From the NCBI RefSeq assembly GCF_964204645.1, contig NC_134035.1:2232001-2296000 (forward strand): 64,000 bases of DNA, given 5' to 3'. The notes beneath the pieces were generated by a model that had not been told where the DNA came from, did no database searches, and was given only the letters and a program-made list of their open reading frames with translations. The stretch's first letter is position 1, and each line of letters starts with the position of its first letter. A program made the position numbers and the translations under genes. This DNA comes from Tubulanus polymorphus (lineage: Eukaryota; Animalia; Nemertea). This document shows, piece by piece, positions 59,139-64,000 of the stretch.

Positions 59139-62100
59139 CTTTGATACTTCGATACTTTGTGGCCATTCTTTGAAATTGTTGATAGTCCTCAGCTATTACA
59201 CCAATGGTCCAACCATAGATTACTGAATAACTTTGATAATGATTACTAAACATTTTTTTTCATATTTCAATAAAATTTTCCCGAAAAAATCAACTTATTG
59301 CTGATAGTACTTTTCAGAGGTTGGCAGCCCTGCTTTCAAATAGCATCCGTCCAGACTTCGATGTCTGAAGGGTTTGCGATAAGGCAGTCTGCAGATTGAT
59401 ACATGCATATTAATGTGAGCAATTCACACTTTTTTAGGTCCGGCAACTTAGCAAAGTACGCCGCATTCTCAATCAATGGACGAATAGCGCATTTTTCTCA
59501 CACGCGATGCACAATAGCGATTTTTTTCTCGTCGAGATTTATTTTCAAAATGCGTTACATATCGCGGAAGTTAATTCAGTAATATATGTTCATTCCCTTA
59601 AACTCTGCTATTACGTCTTATATCAAGTGTCAAATTGCGAGTAGACATATCTTTATCGAGTCAAAAAATGATTTCAATTTAGAAGTATTTTCGTTGTTTA
59701 TTTTCCGTCTATTTTAGCTAGTTGTTTATATTTATATATATGTACACGTTTTGTGATTATTATTATTATTATTCTTATTATTATTCATTAATGGTATTTG
59801 TTTACGTGAATTAGTATTTATTTTTGTGAGCTTAGTCGTTTTTAGTTCAGAACATATGCGCACGATTGCGCGTGACTACCATGATACTACTTATATACAT
59901 ATTAATATTAATATAAATATATATAAATATATTTTGTAAAACATTTCTACTATGAAAATTCGTATTTCGTACATAAAATGCAAACACACAAATGAGACTC
60001 AACTTCTTTATTAACATAACTATTATTATTATGATTATTATTATTATGATTATTATTATTATGAGACTGTAGTGGTACGCTCGCGCGCGCACTCGCAAAT
60101 ACAAGCGTATTTAAACATACAATACATATTTATATGTAGTCGTCAAATGTGAAAAAAATAAACTTATGGACTAATGTAATAAAACGCAACTACAAATGAC
60201 TTGAATTTCTGTATATTTTTTCGATGTAGGTTTGTTGTTCGTGGTTCCGTTATCGAAGTCCCAAGTTCGGTAAGTGCCTCTCATTATTCTACCATTTGCA
60301 GGGCCGGCGGCTTCAGCTGGGCCAATAATTTTTTGCCGGATGATGGTTTTTTCCTGAAGGGTTTCTCCATGAAAACTACACAACTAGGTCTGCAGCTCCT
60401 ATCGTTCCTGAAAACTTATTTGTGATCAACGATGAGACAGCTGTGTCTGATCCGTAACATTCATGATGACCCAATCGTGAATCGTATTATTCCCCGAATT
60501 ATGAACCGATTATGAACCCCGAATTTTTCGCGTGGTGAACGGCCTCGCTCCGTCGGATATGCACCGGGCCAATGTCAACTCGCTTTCGCCTGCCCTGCTA
60601 TGCTTTGACGTCTACGTATAATGGTGGTCGTCAACCGTGACTCAATGGTCAATATTATTAGTGCCTTAACGTCACTCGTCCTCGACCAATCAGAGGACAG
60701 GAATTCGGTGACGTTATTAGTGCACTGACGTCACTCACCTACGTCACCCGTCCTCGATCAATCAGAGGACAGGGATTCAGTGAAACCTGTAATAACGAAC
60801 TCACAAGTTTTTGAACCCAGTATATCCTAGGTATATGTACTATATTATATAAGAAAGAAACAAGGGAGCCAACTCCTCGTCGGATCACTTAGATCTTAGA
60901 TGATATATGGGGGGTTTACAAATTTCGGGGAAATGTCGCATCGTGTTGACTGCCAAGAAAAGCACATGGTTGTAATCTGTATCTGCCGCGATATTTCACT
61001 GAGTGCATGACGACCTGTTATCCCCAGAAATTCTTTATACTATAGGTAAAGACATAAGACTTTTTTCGTGGAAAATATGTATTGAACGGCAGAGAAAATG
61101 GTGATACAAAACTTTCCTTAAAACGGAGTAAATTGTAAAACGATATAAGTACTATTAAGTTAAAAATGTGAGTTTTAAACAAATATTCATAAGGACTAGA
61201 ATTTATGAATTATCGGTTAATCGTCACTCCGGGAATTTCTTTATTTCCAATCGATGATTTATGAGGATTAAAGGCGGGCGGATTCGATGAAAGAAAATGT
61301 TTAATAAAGTGTTCAACAAAAAAAGAAGAGTACATAAATGAATCTCAAAAAGACACTGACACCATTTTCAGTTCGTTTTGCAGAACGAAATTAACAAACT
61401 TGTCAAAATAAATACAAACAATATTTACAAACATATCTACATATCAATTTACGACCACCGATGATGGTTTTGCGTTAGCGCAACAGATTGTTTTTAAACC
61501 GAGCCTGTGACTTTAGGCTAACATAACTGATACCTTATTTCTCATTTCTGCTGAGCTTAAAATTTGACCAGACCGGCCTTTACCCTGTACATCACTTTTT
61601 TTTAAAGATTATGATCAAGCTAACCGTTACGGAAACGGCAGTTATAGAAATGAACTGATCACAAATTGTATTGTAGTTAACAAAAGTTACCCGGCCGAAT
61701 TAGGAGAAACAAGGTACACTGATACATCGTTAATACGATTCTGTTTAAGGCGAAACCCGTTTTCCAGCATTTCCCAACTAACCTATTTATATCAATAACA
61801 GGTTTGGATAATACGAAACCCGTTTAATACGACAATTTCACTTTAGCCCACAAATTTTGTATTAAAGAGGTTCCACTCTAAGTTCAGTCATCAGCCCGAT
61901 TGGTTCTACATGCGTTTGAAATCTTAATATATAGAATTAGAATTGAATTATTTGCATCTAAAGTCTAATTTTCTTTACCAGTCAAAAGCAGTTTAAAACT
62001 CGGATCGGCATATGCCATTGCGCTCAGCTACCGCTCTTGCATGACGTGTATTCTAACGGCCAAACATCGAACAGTCTCCCGGGACGTAACTGCTGTTTTA

Positions 62101-62751
62101 ACGTCACTTCGAGTTTCCCATGAACATAAGTGACCGTCATGAGTCACGGGTCTTCTAAATTACATGTAATATCTAATACATGCAGTATCTCTGGGGTAAA
62201 AATCCCATCACAAGGTTTTAAAGGCCTCAGTCATTTTGCAATTATTTGTTATTCAATTTCCAAACGGCACTTCTACTTGTGACACATCTAGTACCGGATC
62301 ACTAGCCAACACCAACGTGTTGTTGATGACATTCGACCATCTTTGATTATACATGTATCCATTTTCAATTTTTCCCTTGTAAATGTATTACGTTCAAATT
62401 TTCATATGTAAGTGACTTGAGTTTATCGGAAATGGAGTAAAGTCAAAGTTACTTAAACTAAAGTATATATGTGGGGAAGTGCGCTTGAAAACCGCATGAT
62501 TTATGTTTAATATAACTTTAAGATAGTATCTGCCAAGAGCTAAGTGTTAGGAATTGGTCAAGGCTGTCTGCTGACACGGTAACTGGATGGAGTAAATTCC
62601 GATCACGTTCTGAGCTCTTCCGGCGTGTCACACCGTCTGAATACTCAATGCGTGTCTCCGATGCGGCGTTTGGGATCCAACAGGTTATGGTCGAATTTTG
62701 TCCGATTCACGGTTCAATTAATTTCCAAAAAAACTTTCAGTAACAACACGT

Positions 62752-64000
62752 TCAAAACGGATGGCTTACAAACATGGCAATAGATATTAGCGAAATGATC
62801 AAGAAATTGAGAGGTTTAAGCAAACAATTGGCTCGACACGGAATAGTTTTTCGTCGCGGGGGAGAATTCATACACGCCGACTCACGGCGCCGATATCTGG
62901 GCGTCTGCGCGCAAATATCCGGTCCATCGTCTGTGACCGGTGAGGGTCCCGGCAATTCCACCTCGCAACTTTCCGCGCTATCTTCCGAGTCGCATATCTG
63001 ATCGGCTACGACCAACAATAAGTTACTTTTCTCGAGACTTTTTACTAGGAACCGTCTGGTACAATTTGTAAAGCAGTTGAATTCTCCGGACGCCTGACGA
63101 CCGGGCAGACTATCGAGATAACTCGTGTTGGCGTAGTAATACTCTCGTTTCATCGTGCAACTGATGTTTTTGATTTTGTCGTCCAACACCGATTCGTCGT
63201 CGGCGTCATCGGCACTGGCGTACGAGAGTAAATCTGATACCAATTCGAAAATCGTCGCGATGAAATACGTAGCGCTGAATCGAGGCGTCAACCAGTTGAA
63301 CAGATCGGTCAACGTCGGAATGTAAAACGACCGCGGACCCGACGCGCTGTTCTCATCGGTGATCACCGTACACGTGGCCTGATAGTCGTAATACGTCATC
63401 GAACCGATCAGCGACGTGTTATACATCCAATACGCGAGTTGCGGGTCGACGGTCGGGTCGCCGATAAAACGCCCCACTTCATAATCGGGTTGATTACTAG
63501 CGATCAGATATCCGGACTCGTCCAACAGATAACAAACCACGTCGATTTCCTTACATTCGTCCACAGTTTCGGCCAATCGATTGCGCAATTCGTCTTCAGT
63601 GATTTTCGCACCGACGACCGCTACTTTTACCTGATTGGACAGTTTTACCGATTTGGCCACCAACACGGTTCCGTTAAAGGGTACGGAATAATTCGACGGT
63701 TCGACCGGACGCACGCTGAACACGAAGCCGCCCTGGTTCTCATCCTCGTACATGAACGCCCTTTGGAAATAGGCGGCGTTCCAGACGTCGGCCCAGTCGA
63801 GAAACTCTGAACCCTCGTTCCAGGGAAATACAGCAGTCAGGCCGCCGTATGTACCGATAAATCGCGCTATGATACCGGCGCTGATCGCCTTCTCCGTCGT
63901 CTCCTCCCAATGAGTTTGCAGTTTAGTCGTCGACAAATCTAAAAGCACGTTGTTCAATATTTCGGACCCGTTAGCTCCGCCGCAAGTGCCGTTCGCATGC
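62752..64000 (-). CDS. CACNA2D: Voltage-gated calcium channel alpha2-delta subunit, C-terminal part (5' truncated by the window edge)
   Basis: Frame is open from the window edge to the stop at 62752. Motifs AAYFQRA, VAVVGAKI, CYLLDESGYLI (Cache), YDYQATC, NCTRRF..SNLLLVV, PRYRR..C, and a hydrophobic C-terminal tail with no cytoplasmic segment (GPI-signal-like). Confidence 0.92.
   Translation of the reverse strand, partial: HANGTCGGANGSEILNNVLLDLSTTKLQTHWEETTEKAISAGIIARFIGTYGGLTAVFPWNEGSEFLDWADVWNAAYFQRAFMYEDENQGGFVFSVRPVEPSNYSVPFNGTVLVAKSVKLSNQVKVAVVGAKITEDELRNRLAETVDECKEIDVVCYLLDESGYLIASNQPDYEVGRFIGDPTVDPQLAYWMYNTSLIGSMTYYDYQATCTVITDENSASGPRSFYIPTLTDLFNWLTPRFSATYFIATIFELVSDLLSYASADDADDESVLDDKIKNISCTMKREYYYANTSYLDSLPGRQASGEFNCFTNCTRRFLVKSLEKSNLLLVVADQICDSEDSAESCEVELPGPSPVTDDGPDICAQTPRYRRRESACMNSPPRRKTIPCRANCLLKPLNFLIISLISIAMFVSHPF

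Overview
AT-rich, intron-containing genomic DNA from an invertebrate animal. The ferritin sequence and its IRE suggest a spiralian/lophotrochozoan, but the taxon cannot be fixed from sequence alone. Six protein-coding genes could be assembled by hand from splice sites and reading frames. (1) The 5' end of an unidentified gene running off the left edge (- strand). (2) A 981-aa C2H2 zinc-finger protein with a KSPK-rich 18-aa tandem repeat (+). (3) CDC50/TMEM30A (+, 8 exons), whose intron 6 is a U12-type minor intron. (4) An H-type cytosolic ferritin (-, 4 exons) with a cap-proximal iron-responsive element. (5) RP2/XRP2 (+, 9 exons), head-to-head with ferritin, with a 16.7-kb first intron. (6) The intronless C-terminal part of a calcium-channel alpha2-delta subunit (-, runs off the right edge). 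Non-coding DNA holds many MITEs (piggyBac-, Harbinger-, Tc1/mariner- and hAT-like), SINE fragments and minisatellites. The most unusual observations are two 22-30-bp palindromes with 7-bp target duplications that resemble P-element-type excision footprints, a B-box plus GCAACCAGGAAGT module shared by two promoters, divergent CTCF-like sites in RP2 intron 1, and a structured 100-bp tandem array. No CRISPR, rRNA or true tRNA gene was found. I did not find a clearly new multi-gene system; the findings are candidates for checking.
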